In this document: positions 1 through 6,259 of the stretch, in pieces
Numbering within the stretch: the stretch's first letter is position 1
Layout: every line of letters starts with the position of its first letter
Notes under the pieces: generated by a model
What the model saw: the letters and a program-made list of their open reading frames with translations, nothing else
Database searches by the model: none
Told to the model about the DNA's origin: nothing
Made by a program: the position numbers and the translations under genes
Source: a virus
Lineage: Duplodnaviria; Heunggongvirae; Uroviricota; Caudoviricetes
Length of the DNA: 10,718 nt
Strand: one strand, 5' to 3'
IMG/VR virus record: IMGVR_UViG_2541047968_000015
Coordinates: 1-10,718 of that record

Positions 1-339
1 TGCAGCACGACGGTATAAGCCCCTGGACTCCAGTTCTTCCGCCTGGCGGGTCAGGCACAAAATCACCCTGGGATCGTTAGTGCCGACATAGAAATTGCGC
101 ACAGGTATGGTTTCAAGAACAGGTTGCAGTTTCTCCTCCTGCGATATCTCAGCCTGGTGTGGGAAATGTCTGCGTGTTTTCCCTTCACAACAGTGAGCCA
201 CACGGCCACTCTGACGTAACTTGCTTGCTGACTGCAGAACGCACTGTCGTGAGTAACCAGCAAAAGCATCCGCAATGTCACCTGAAGTACACCCCGGATG
301 GGCTTCAATGAATTTCTGTACATCGTTCATCAGACTCAT
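1..339 (-). CDS. Hypothetical protein, 3' end beyond window start (113 codons in window)
   Basis: Not in the ORF track. Hand translation of the minus strand from ATG (339-337) is open to position 1: MSLMNDVQKFIEAHPGCTSGDIADAFAGYSRQCVLQSASKLRQSGRVAHCCEGKTRRHFPHQAEISQEEKLQPVLETIPVRNFYVGTNDPRVILCLTRQAEELESRGLYRRAA. A GGGGG Shine-Dalgarno and the upstream gene's TGA stop sit directly 5' of the ATG (AGGGGGTGAtcATG). Function not recognised. Confidence 0.5.
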   Translation of the reverse strand, partial: MSLMNDVQKFIEAHPGCTSGDIADAFAGYSRQCVLQSASKLRQSGRVAHCCEGKTRRHFPHQAEISQEEKLQPVLETIPVRNFYVGTNDPRVILCLTRQAEELESRGLYRRAA

Positions 340-341
340 GA

Positions 342-1325
342 TCACCCCCTGAATCCTGTCGGGATCTGGCTGTAGTCCACGTTGTCGTAACTGGCTTTGA
401 AGTACGGGTCCTCGCGTCTGGCTGCAGATACCGCAGGAACTTCCCAGGATTCTTCGAAATGACGATCCGGACCAAAGAACGTGACAGCCTGTTTCACAAA
501 TTGTGTGCCGCTATTGCCCATCGCAGATACCCAGCCCGCGTAGCGTTTCACACCTTCCAGCATGGCTTCGGGGTTTACCCCCTCGTTCAAACGGGCTTTC
601 CAGGCTTTGAAGGCTGCTGATTTTGAATTGCCACCAGCACGTTTGGGATATTCCTGCCAGGCCTGTTCAAATTCCGGTGAATATTCCTGTCGGGCAGAAC
701 GCGCTGGCGCAGACGCGTCAGCGGATGCATCAATAGTGTTTTTAGTCTCCGTTGTAATCTCTGTAGTAATCTCTGTATTTGTATCAACATTCGGCGTATC
801 CCCTGTTCCGTTATGACGTCGGGGGGTGTTCCGTTTTAACGTAATAGCTGTATCGCTGATTGCATTATTGCTGTTACTTTCTGGCGAAACAGAAGAAGGT
901 GTGGTGATGGCCGCAATTGCCTGTGGGTTGATCCCGACAAACAAAATATTGCTGCATTTCACCCCATCGAGCATTTCCACCGTGCGTAAATCCAGAGTAA
1001 TAAACCCTGCATCGCGCAGACGCTTCAGCGCATCTGCGGTTTCCCTTTTCCCGAAACCAAACTGCTCAGCAAACGCCTGGTAGCTTCTTTGCAGTTTGTC
1101 GCCCTGAAAACGCTTGCGATATCCCAGCAACGCTCCGGTGTGCTCATCCCTGACCTCTGTCGGGCGGTACCAGTAAACGATCTCTGAAAGCAGAGCGATA
1201 GCCGTCGCATCCGGACGCCCACTGGGTAGTCGAATATATTTCCACCAGGTCGCAGGTGTAACATTGCCGGAAATATTAATTTGACCAATAGCCATAACTT
1301 CCGGTGTGGGGGCGTAACGGCTCAT
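342..1325 (-). CDS. Phage replication initiation / replisome-organiser protein (O-like)
   Basis: 327-aa ORF with AGGAGG 4 nt upstream of the ATG. The C-terminal region (FEQAWQEYPKRAGGNSKSAAFKAWKARL ... GTQFVKQAVTFFGPDRHFEESWEV) has the W/K-rich signature I associate with phage replication-initiator families. The ATG overlaps the upstream gene's stop (ATGA). Position in the cro-side operon matches lambda O or Rac ydaU. Confidence 0.75.
   Translation of the reverse strand: MSRYAPTPEVMAIGQINISGNVTPATWWKYIRLPSGRPDATAIALLSEIVYWYRPTEVRDEHTGALLGYRKRFQGDKLQRSYQAFAEQFGFGKRETADALKRLRDAGFITLDLRTVEMLDGVKCSNILFVGINPQAIAAITTPSSVSPESNSNNAISDTAITLKRNTPRRHNGTGDTPNVDTNTEITTEITTETKNTIDASADASAPARSARQEYSPEFEQAWQEYPKRAGGNSKSAAFKAWKARLNEGVNPEAMLEGVKRYAGWVSAMGNSGTQFVKQAVTFFGPDRHFEESWEVPAVSAARREDPYFKASYDNVDYSQIPTGFRG
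754..777. repeat. Perfect tandem direct repeat, 2 x 12 bp (gtaatctctgta), inside the replication gene linker region
   Basis: Seen directly: 754-765 and 766-777 are identical. It encodes the TEITTEITTE linker of the replication protein. A 9-bp direct repeat tgttccgtt lies nearby at 805-813 and 828-836. Confidence 0.7.
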
Positions 1326-1621
1326 ACAACCTCCTTCCGCGGCATGAGAATTGTGTAGCCACGCGCAGGTTGTAGTCTGGCTTTTGCATCAATAGTAAGC
1401 GTTGCAATTTTTCGGATATGAAGATAACCAGCTCTTTCCAGTGCCAGGGTTTCCCTGAATATCGCTTGCTTAGAACAACAGCAGAAATCAGCAAGCACCT
1501 GATGATCAATAACTCTCTCGCCTTCACCGTCTGAAGAACCCGACATCAAAACACGCAACATAATCAGGCGCTGAATCGGGTTATCGAAAGCACATCCGCA
1601 CACAAACTGAAAACAGTTCAC
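1322..1621 (-). CDS. Hypothetical small protein (99 aa)
   Basis: ORF with GTG start overlapping the upstream stop (GTGA) and its own stop overlapping the replication gene's ATG (ATGA), so it is translationally coupled within the leftward operon. No family recognised. Confidence 0.5.
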   Translation of the reverse strand: MNCFQFVCGCAFDNPIQRLIMLRVLMSGSSDGEGERVIDHQVLADFCCCSKQAIFRETLALERAGYLHIRKIATLTIDAKARLQPARGYTILMPRKEVV

Positions 1622-1842
1622 GCCACACCTCCCAGACGCTTAAACATTTTTCCGGAGCAAAAGGCTATAAGCGGCATACTGACGCGGTAATTACGGCCCA
1701 GCGGTTCACAAATCACCTTCTGACATTCACGGTCAACCAGGCTAACACGTAGAACATGCCCTGCAGGCGTGGTGTACCACTGACCCGGACGAGGACAACG
1801 GAAAGTATGATTGGTAAACCGTTTGAAAATATTCCGGATCAT
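1618..1842 (-). CDS. Hypothetical small protein (74 aa)
   Basis: ORF whose ATG (1842-1840) overlaps the Rha-like stop (ATGA); coupled within the leftward operon. No family recognised. Confidence 0.5.
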   Translation of the reverse strand: MIRNIFKRFTNHTFRCPRPGQWYTTPAGHVLRVSLVDRECQKVICEPLGRNYRVSMPLIAFCSGKMFKRLGGVA

Positions 1843-2384
1843 TTGCGCCCCCTTACCTCTGAAGGGTTCAGCGACAAATTTATGAGACTGGCCAGTAGCG
1901 CCGCGTCGTTGATGCGGTCATACAGACTTACAGCCAGCGGGGATTCGGCTTTTGCCAACATGGGATAAAGCTGCTGCAGCCAGACCTTGTGGATTACCGA
2001 CAGGTGGGAGTAAAGCACGCTGGCGTTATCTGCGGCATCGCTCAGCGTGGATGGCTTTGAAAGCAGTTTTTCCATCTGGTTAAAGGCATTGATGTATGCC
2101 TCTTTGAACTGGGCAGCACGTTTACCCGTGAAACCCATAGCAAGAAACGCAAAGCCGTCGCGGGTTATTTGATAGCAAGGTAGTTTGCGGCCTGTGCAAT
2201 CGGTGTAATCACTCACCGAAAAATTGCGGGCAGTGAATGATGCGGAACATTCAAGCGTGCGGATCTTTTTCAGTACATCGTCATGACGTTTGGAGAAGAA
2301 GTTGGCAACAGCCAGGGATGAAGTAACAGCCTGACCATCAACGATGGCAATTTCAGGTTGAGTGAGGGTTGGGATCGTAGCCAT
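1839..2384 (-). CDS. rha: Phage regulatory protein Rha-like (pRha domain), 181 aa
   Basis: Internal ATG at 2384-2382 preceded by GGAGG with an 8-nt spacer. The protein starts MATIPTLTQPEIAIVDGQAVTSSLAVANFFSKRHDDVLKKIRTL ... YQITRDGFAFLAMGFTGKRAAQFKEAYINAFNQME, matching the Rha family signature (F.KRHD.VL..IR ... DGF.FL.MGFTGK.A..FKE.YI.AF). The ORF track merges it with a 201-codon upstream in-frame extension. Confidence 0.8.
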   Translation of the reverse strand: MATIPTLTQPEIAIVDGQAVTSSLAVANFFSKRHDDVLKKIRTLECSASFTARNFSVSDYTDCTGRKLPCYQITRDGFAFLAMGFTGKRAAQFKEAYINAFNQMEKLLSKPSTLSDAADNASVLYSHLSVIHKVWLQQLYPMLAKAESPLAVSLYDRINDAALLASLINLSLNPSEVRGRK

Positions 2385-2987
2385 GATGGCAGCCTCCGTA
2401 TGCAATGGATAACTTCCACCACCGGAAACGCCAATTTCGCTGGTGGTGAACTGAGCAGGGTTGGCGTAACCGGCGCATACGGAAACCGGCGCACCTTTCG
2501 GTGCCCCCACCCAGCCCACCATAATTTGGGTATAGCTGAGTTGTAGCAACAAAAAAGACGCTAACGCGCCAATTGTCGCCGTATGCAATTCCAGGACGCC
2601 AATCCCGACACCCGCTTTATAAGGTGCCTGAACAGTGTAACGTCCCGGAATGGCAGAATCAATGTGCTGGTGGTCCTTCACACTCAACAAAATCACGCCT
2701 GAATTTCCACAAAGGACTAAAGCACTCATGCTGGTAGTCTTTGCGAAGATAGATAACGCGCTGTGTTTCTGGCTCCCAACGAATAACATGGACATAAAGC
2801 CCTCTTCCGTCACGAAACCAGCGGTTAAGTTCCTGCACAACTCGCCCCCCACAGTCAGGTAAAGTTCTCTGTGGTTACTTACAGCCAGGTGATTTGGTAA
2901 TCTGCATTCATGCCGTAACAACAGGTGTTCAGCGACGCTGACCACCAGCTGTTGCGACAAACGGTTATTTGCCGTTAAACTATTCAT
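2385..2987 (-). other. In-frame open segment (201 codons) between the YdaT-like and Rha-like genes; coding status unresolved
   Basis: ATG at 2987-2985 overlaps the YdaT-like stop (ATGA) and the frame runs without a stop into the Rha ATG. The translated sequence is low in charged residues (about 11 percent), rich in S/L/A/G/V, and matches no family I recognise. Could be a real N-terminal domain, a separate or fused gene, or a fortuitously open frame. Confidence 0.3.
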
Positions 2988-3541
2988 GCGTTAGTTTCTC
3001 CACAACCAGAAGCAATCGACGCCACGACGCCCGGAGCTGCACACTCGCGGGCGTTACTATTTTCTGGAGCGCAGAAGATTTTGTAGACCAGTGCTGCATG
3101 CTCCTGGAGCTTCGAAATTGAGAGGTACAGCTCGTCGTTAATTGCTGTCTTCTCATGCGGTTCCACTACACCGTCTTCGATTGCTGAACGAATCTGTCTG
3201 GAATAACTGCCGATCTGTTCAATGACTTCCAGCAGACGCTGGTTAATATCGGCGTTGTCCACATCCTCGACGTCAGGAAGAGACACAAAGACGCCATTTG
3301 CAGACTGCGCCACAGCGTCAGCAATGAAGTGAGTTCCACCAGCACGTTGTAAAATCATTGCCCATCCCAGCGGGAAAATCTGATCGCCATCTGCACGAAG
3401 GCGGTTGAATAATGCGTTCTCTGTTACATCCAGCCACTCAGCAGCTTCAGCGTAACCCCCCGGCAACGCCGCGATAGTTTTTCTGACAGCTTTCACGTAC
3501 CACTCAGGCTGTTTTTCCACTTTCCAGTGATGATTACCCAC
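2984..3541 (-). CDS. CII-like / YdaT-like regulatory protein (185 aa)
   Basis: ORF with GTG start (3541-3539) preceded by GGAGG with a 6-nt spacer, overlapping the end of the cro-like gene. Its position directly after the cro-like gene matches lambda cII or Rac ydaT; the family assignment is by position and weak recollection only. Confidence 0.55.
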   Translation of the reverse strand: MGNHHWKVEKQPEWYVKAVRKTIAALPGGYAEAAEWLDVTENALFNRLRADGDQIFPLGWAMILQRAGGTHFIADAVAQSANGVFVSLPDVEDVDNADINQRLLEVIEQIGSYSRQIRSAIEDGVVEPHEKTAINDELYLSISKLQEHAALVYKIFCAPENSNARECAAPGVVASIASGCGETNA

Positions 3542-3794
3542 GGCTTACCTCCTGTTCCTGTGGTTTAAACCCATTCTGGTTTTGGCTAGATTGAAAACGT
3601 GCCGGATAAAGAATCTGCATTTCGCTGATTTCACCCTTAAAAAAATTGGCCAGACGTTCTGCAAGATCGATAGATGGAATTTGTTCCAGTCTTTCAATAC
3701 GACTCAGCGTCGCTGGATTGACCTGAACGCCCGCAGCAACATGCTGCAAAGTAAATCCGTGCGCCTTACGCACATTCCGTAATGGTGATTGCAT
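3534..3794 (-). CDS. cro: Cro-like HTH (XRE-family) transcriptional regulator, 86 aa
   Basis: ORF with ATG at 3794-3792 and GGAGG 5' of it. Helix-turn-helix motif (GFTLQHVAAGVQVNPATLSRIERLEQIPS). Divergent from the repressor gene across a 97-bp operator region. Confidence 0.8.
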   Translation of the reverse strand: MQSPLRNVRKAHGFTLQHVAAGVQVNPATLSRIERLEQIPSIDLAERLANFFKGEISEMQILYPARFQSSQNQNGFKPQEQEVSRG

Positions 3795-3891
3795 ATAACC
3801 TCCACATATTGCGTGATGAGCATATTATTTCACGCAAATATTTTGCGCAAGTTGATTTGCTTAACGCGCAATAAAGAAATGTAATAAACGC
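3795..3891. promoter_or_regulatory. Divergent immunity-region promoter/operator segment (PR-like for cro; cI promoter unresolved)
   Basis: Minus-strand promoter candidate: -35 TTGCGC (complement of 3845-3850), 17-nt spacer, -10 TAATAT (complement of 3822-3827). Inverted repeat TTGCGTGA-N13-TCACGCAA at 3809-3837 overlaps the -10 and start region. Palindrome TTGCGCAA at 3843-3850. A 15-bp TTGC-N7-GCAA site at 3857-3871. Confidence 0.6.
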
Positions 3892-4584
3892 ATGAACATA
3901 GGAAACCGAGTCAGACAACTTCGCCAGGCGAAGAACATGAAAATCGCCGATCTCGCTGAAGCAATAGGAGTGGATGCGGCGAATATCTCACGCCTGGAAA
4001 CAGGTAAGCAGAAACAATTCACTGAACAAGCCCTGAGTAATATTGCCAGGAGCTTAGGTGTTGATATTGCTGATCTCTTTACCTCAGACGTCAAAAGTAA
4101 TACTGTATGTAAAAACAGTATTAGTGAGGATGTTGCGCAGGTGAAGGATGTATTCCGTATTGAAATGCTGGATGTCAGTGCCAGTGCGGGAAATGGCCTT
4201 ATCCAGGGCGGTGATGTCATTGATGTGATTCATGCCATTGAATACAGAACTGATAATGCTGTATCGATGTTTGGTGGACGACCAGCAAATCACATTAAAG
4301 TTATCAACGTTCGTGGGGACAGTATGTGTCCAACCATTGAGCCAGGAGATCTCATCTTCGTTGATATCAGTATCAATCAGTTTGATGGGGATGGTATATA
4401 TGTATTTGGTTTTGATGATAAAATTTACGTCAAACGACTGCAAATGATACCTGATAAACTGCTGGTAATTTCTGATAATCAGATTTACCGCGAATGGGGA
4501 ATTACCAGCGAAAACGAACATCGGTTTATGGTCTTTGGAAAGGTCTTAATCAGTCAGTCACAAACCCTTAAGCGACACAATTAA
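3892..4584 (+). CDS. cI: cI-like prophage repressor, N-terminal HTH plus C-terminal S24 (LexA-like) peptidase domain, 230 aa
   Basis: N-terminal HTH (MKIADLAEAIGVDAANISRLETGKQ). C-terminal S24 signature with catalytic Ser in GDSM (VINVRGDSMCPTIEPGDLIFVD) and downstream Lys (IYVKRL). Divergent from the cro-like gene. Confidence 0.9.
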   Translation: MNIGNRVRQLRQAKNMKIADLAEAIGVDAANISRLETGKQKQFTEQALSNIARSLGVDIADLFTSDVKSNTVCKNSISEDVAQVKDVFRIEMLDVSASAGNGLIQGGDVIDVIHAIEYRTDNAVSMFGGRPANHIKVINVRGDSMCPTIEPGDLIFVDISINQFDGDGIYVFGFDDKIYVKRLQMIPDKLLVISDNQIYREWGITSENEHRFMVFGKVLISQSQTLKRHN

Positions 4585-4605
4585 CCCCCTACCTCAACAT
4601 CAATT

Positions 4606-4630
4606 AGCCACCAGAAGGTGGCTTTTCATT
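4606..4630 (+). terminator. Rho-independent terminator downstream of the repressor gene
   Basis: Perfect 7-bp stem AGCCACC (4606-4612) / GGTGGCT (4617-4623) with loop AGAA, followed by TTTCATT. Confidence 0.8.
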
Positions 4631-4640
4631 ACCCACCAAA

Positions 4641-4694
4641 TTGCATATCTCGCAATAAAAACACTTGCATAATGCGCAACTTCATTTTATCTTT
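4641..4694 (+). promoter_or_regulatory. PL-like operator pair and candidate rightward early promoter
   Basis: Two 15-bp TTGC-N7-GCAA sites (4641-4655 ttgcatatctcgcaa; 4665-4679 ttgcataatgcgcaa) share the half-site motif of the cro/cI intergenic sites. Candidate -35 TTGCAT (4665-4670) and weak -10 TATCTT (4688-4693) with a 17-nt spacer. Promoter hexamers are weak; the operators are the firmer observation. Confidence 0.45.
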
Positions 4695-5123
4695 CTTTCC
4701 AGACCTACAAACAAGGTACTAACAAAATTTGGTTGTAACACGGCGTATGGCACATGCGTCGTTAGCGGTCTGGGGACGTTAAAGGGGACAATCCACTCCT
4801 TGCTCGGGCAAACAAACCAGGTAGCCGGAATGTGCAAGTCAATGAGGATGCTGATAAGACGCCTAACCAGCGTGGCGATTCGGTTTGACGCCTGGGAAGA
4901 GACCAGGACGCAACGATGAGAGCATTTATGGAGCCGCGACAAAGTGTGGTGCCGTAACTGGCTAAGTGCTCTCAGCGTTGTGGTGAATGCGCAGGCTGAT
5001 GCGCGAAAGACATTGCAGCTATTGCGGAAAAGAGCTGTTCGGCGGGGCAATTAAACGCCCGTGAGAGTCTGAAATAACCGCAAGCCGGAGATCAGCACCG
5101 GTCACCACAACAGCCACTGCTTT

Positions 5124-5170
5124 GGCGGTACCAGTTTGTACACTTGCTTCCGGCTGGTACCGCTCTTTTT
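5124..5170 (+). terminator. Hairpin with T-tract (candidate intrinsic terminator or attenuator) in the leader of the rightward operon
   Basis: Perfect 10-bp inverted repeat GCGGTACCAG (5125-5134) / CTGGTACCGC (5154-5163) with a 19-nt loop, followed by TCTTTTT (5164-5170). The loop is long for a canonical terminator. Confidence 0.45.
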
Positions 5171-5259
5171 ACAAAACAGAGAAGAGCATCACCGGACGAC
5201 GGGCTCATAACCCAATCCATCCGGGCGGCTGCCACCGCAGGTGTTCTTCTCTGTTTTGT
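5171..5259. repeat. Perfect 15-bp inverted repeat with 59-bp spacer, immediately upstream of the RdgC-like RBS
   Basis: ACAAAACAGAGAAGA (5171-5185) and its exact reverse complement TCTTCTCTGTTTTGT (5245-5259). The left arm abuts the T-tract of the preceding hairpin; the right arm ends about 22 nt before the GAGGAAAA Shine-Dalgarno. Confidence 0.7.
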
Positions 5260-5293
5260 GGAGAAACTAATACATTGTGCAGAGGAAAATAGA

Positions 5294-6211
5294 ATGAAAT
5301 TACCAAAATTTCGTAACGCAATTGTGTACCGAGCAACATTACCTAGTATACAGGCTATTGAAGGTCATCTTCTCGAACTCCCTTATTCTGAAATCGGGGA
5401 AACAGAATTTTCACGGTCCTCTTTTGTAGAGAATCCTGTCACTGGTGAACTGGTAACTCCGATATCTGGTGGGTACGCAATGGTAATCCGTCATGATCAG
5501 AAAATAATTCCCCGACATGTCGTCATGAAAGAAGCTAATTCTCGAATCCAAACAATCGAAAATATGTCCGGGAATAAATTAAAGCGTGCCGAACGACTGG
5601 CCATTATTGATAACGTACGAGTAGATCTATGCAAACAGGCATTTGTTAAGTCTACTCTGATTCTTGCATTGTACAGCACTGATGAGAAATTATTGGTAAT
5701 CAACACAACCAATAAAATAATAGCCGGTATGGTATGCGCAATGCTGATTAAGGTTGTCGGTTCAGTGAAAACAGAAACAATCAACATCAGTGATATCAAG
5801 AATGGACTGACTACACGCCTGAATAACTACATCAATGGTGCAGCCAATGCATTTGAAGGATTCACTGTCGGAAATTATATTCAGCTATCACGCTACGCAG
5901 ATCAAAAGGAAATTATTCGCTACTCAGCTGAGCATGAGTCAATTCAAAGCGAACTGGCCGATAGCCTTAGTAGTAGTTTCACTGCTGATAAAATGGAGTT
6001 ATCCGGTTGCGGTGTGACCTTCATTCTTACCGAAAATTTCCATTTTTCGCGCATCAATACTCAATCTCAGACATTTAATGATGAAGATGATAAAGCATTC
6101 CAGTGGCGTCATCAGACTGGCGCTGACCTTTTCCAATTCAGCAAGGTAGTTAATTTGATGTGTGACCTTCTTTCTTACAAAGAAGATAAAAGCCAAAATC
6201 CAACAACTTAA
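5294..6211 (+). CDS. RdgC-like recombination-associated DNA-binding protein (305 aa)
   Basis: ATG at 5294 preceded by GAGGAAAA. The N-terminus MKLPKFRNAIVYRATLPS parallels RdgC (MLWFKNLMVYRLS...), and further blocks (AMVIRHDQKIIPRHVVMKEANSRIQTIE; LILALYSTDEKLLVINTTNKIIAGMVCAMLIKVVGSVKT) align with my recollection of E. coli RdgC. The track's TTG-start extension (5144) is rejected. The gene is noticeably AT-rich relative to its neighbours. Confidence 0.8.
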   Translation: MKLPKFRNAIVYRATLPSIQAIEGHLLELPYSEIGETEFSRSSFVENPVTGELVTPISGGYAMVIRHDQKIIPRHVVMKEANSRIQTIENMSGNKLKRAERLAIIDNVRVDLCKQAFVKSTLILALYSTDEKLLVINTTNKIIAGMVCAMLIKVVGSVKTETINISDIKNGLTTRLNNYINGAANAFEGFTVGNYIQLSRYADQKEIIRYSAEHESIQSELADSLSSSFTADKMELSGCGVTFILTENFHFSRINTQSQTFNDEDDKAFQWRHQTGADLFQFSKVVNLMCDLLSYKEDKSQNPTT

Positions 6212-6215
6212 AAAA

Positions 6216-6259
6216 ATTGCAGCAATCATCCCATGTTAAATGGGCTGGATTGCTGCAAT
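6216..6259. repeat. 12-bp perfect inverted repeat (ATTGCAGCAATC / GATTGCTGCAAT) with 20-bp spacer between the rdgC-like and HD genes
   Basis: Arms at 6216-6227 and 6248-6259. The spacer contains a nested CCCAT/ATGGG mini-hairpin. An A7 run (6209-6215) precedes it, so on the minus strand it reads as stem plus U-tract. Confidence 0.6.

Noticed and set aside
63-323. 86-aa minus-strand ORF from the track
   Set aside because: Different frame from the RBS-supported ORF starting at 339; atypical Arg/Cys-rich composition (RLRYRRRRNC); no RBS.
562-1288. Track ORFs 562-816 (+), 587-790 (-), 826-1083 (+), 1025-1288 (-) inside the replication gene
   Set aside because: Shadow frames overlapping a well-supported 327-aa gene; low-complexity or Arg-rich translations; no ribosome-binding sites.
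1276-1968. Track ORFs 1276-1527 (-) and 1756-1968 (+)
   Set aside because: Alternative-frame or antisense overlaps of the coupled small genes and the Rha-like gene; no start context.
2270-2862. Track ORFs 2270-2494 (-), 2358-2546 (+), 2650-2862 (+)
   Set aside because: Short, Pro/Ser/Leu-rich translations lacking RBS; they overlap the long minus-strand open frame. Coding status of this region is unresolved, but these frames are the least plausible.
631-2949. Chi-like octamers (GCTGGTGG at 2439-2446 and 2666-2673; complement at 631-638 and 2942-2949) as a RecBCD-evasion feature
   Set aside because: Four copies in about 10.7 kb is only a modest excess over the E. coli background and orientations are mixed; noted but not treated as a designed feature without genome-wide statistics.
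3582-3782. 66-aa + strand ORF antisense to the cro-like gene
   Set aside because: Fully embedded antisense to a gene with a clear HTH motif and RBS.
3861-4521. Track ORFs 3861-4220 (-), 4084-4521 (-), 4232-4447 (+) overlapping the repressor gene
   Set aside because: Overlap the S24 repressor, whose HTH and catalytic Ser/Lys motifs are intact; likely products of AT-rich sequence.
4665-5050. Track ORFs 4665-4919 (+, TTG start) and 4682-5050 (-, TTG start) in the leader region
   Set aside because: The + ORF starts inside an operator-like site with no RBS and has implausible composition. The minus ORF has no ATG anywhere, no RBS, and would converge on the repressor terminator. I also checked short ATG-initiated peptides at 4830 (30 aa) and 4987 (24 aa, MRRLMRERHCSYCGKELFGGAIKRP) as possible N-like Arg-rich proteins; RBS support is weak, so they are not called.
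5144-5293. TTG-initiated N-terminal extension of the RdgC-like ORF (track start 5144)
   Set aside because: The extension runs through the hairpin and inverted repeat and has no RBS; the ATG at 5294 has a GAGGAAAA RBS and its product aligns with the RdgC N-terminus.
5497-6229. Track ORFs 5497-5799 (-), 5835-6017 (+), 5999-6229 (-) within the rdgC-like gene
   Set aside because: Antisense or alternative-frame ORFs in an AT-rich gene; hydrophobic low-complexity translations.
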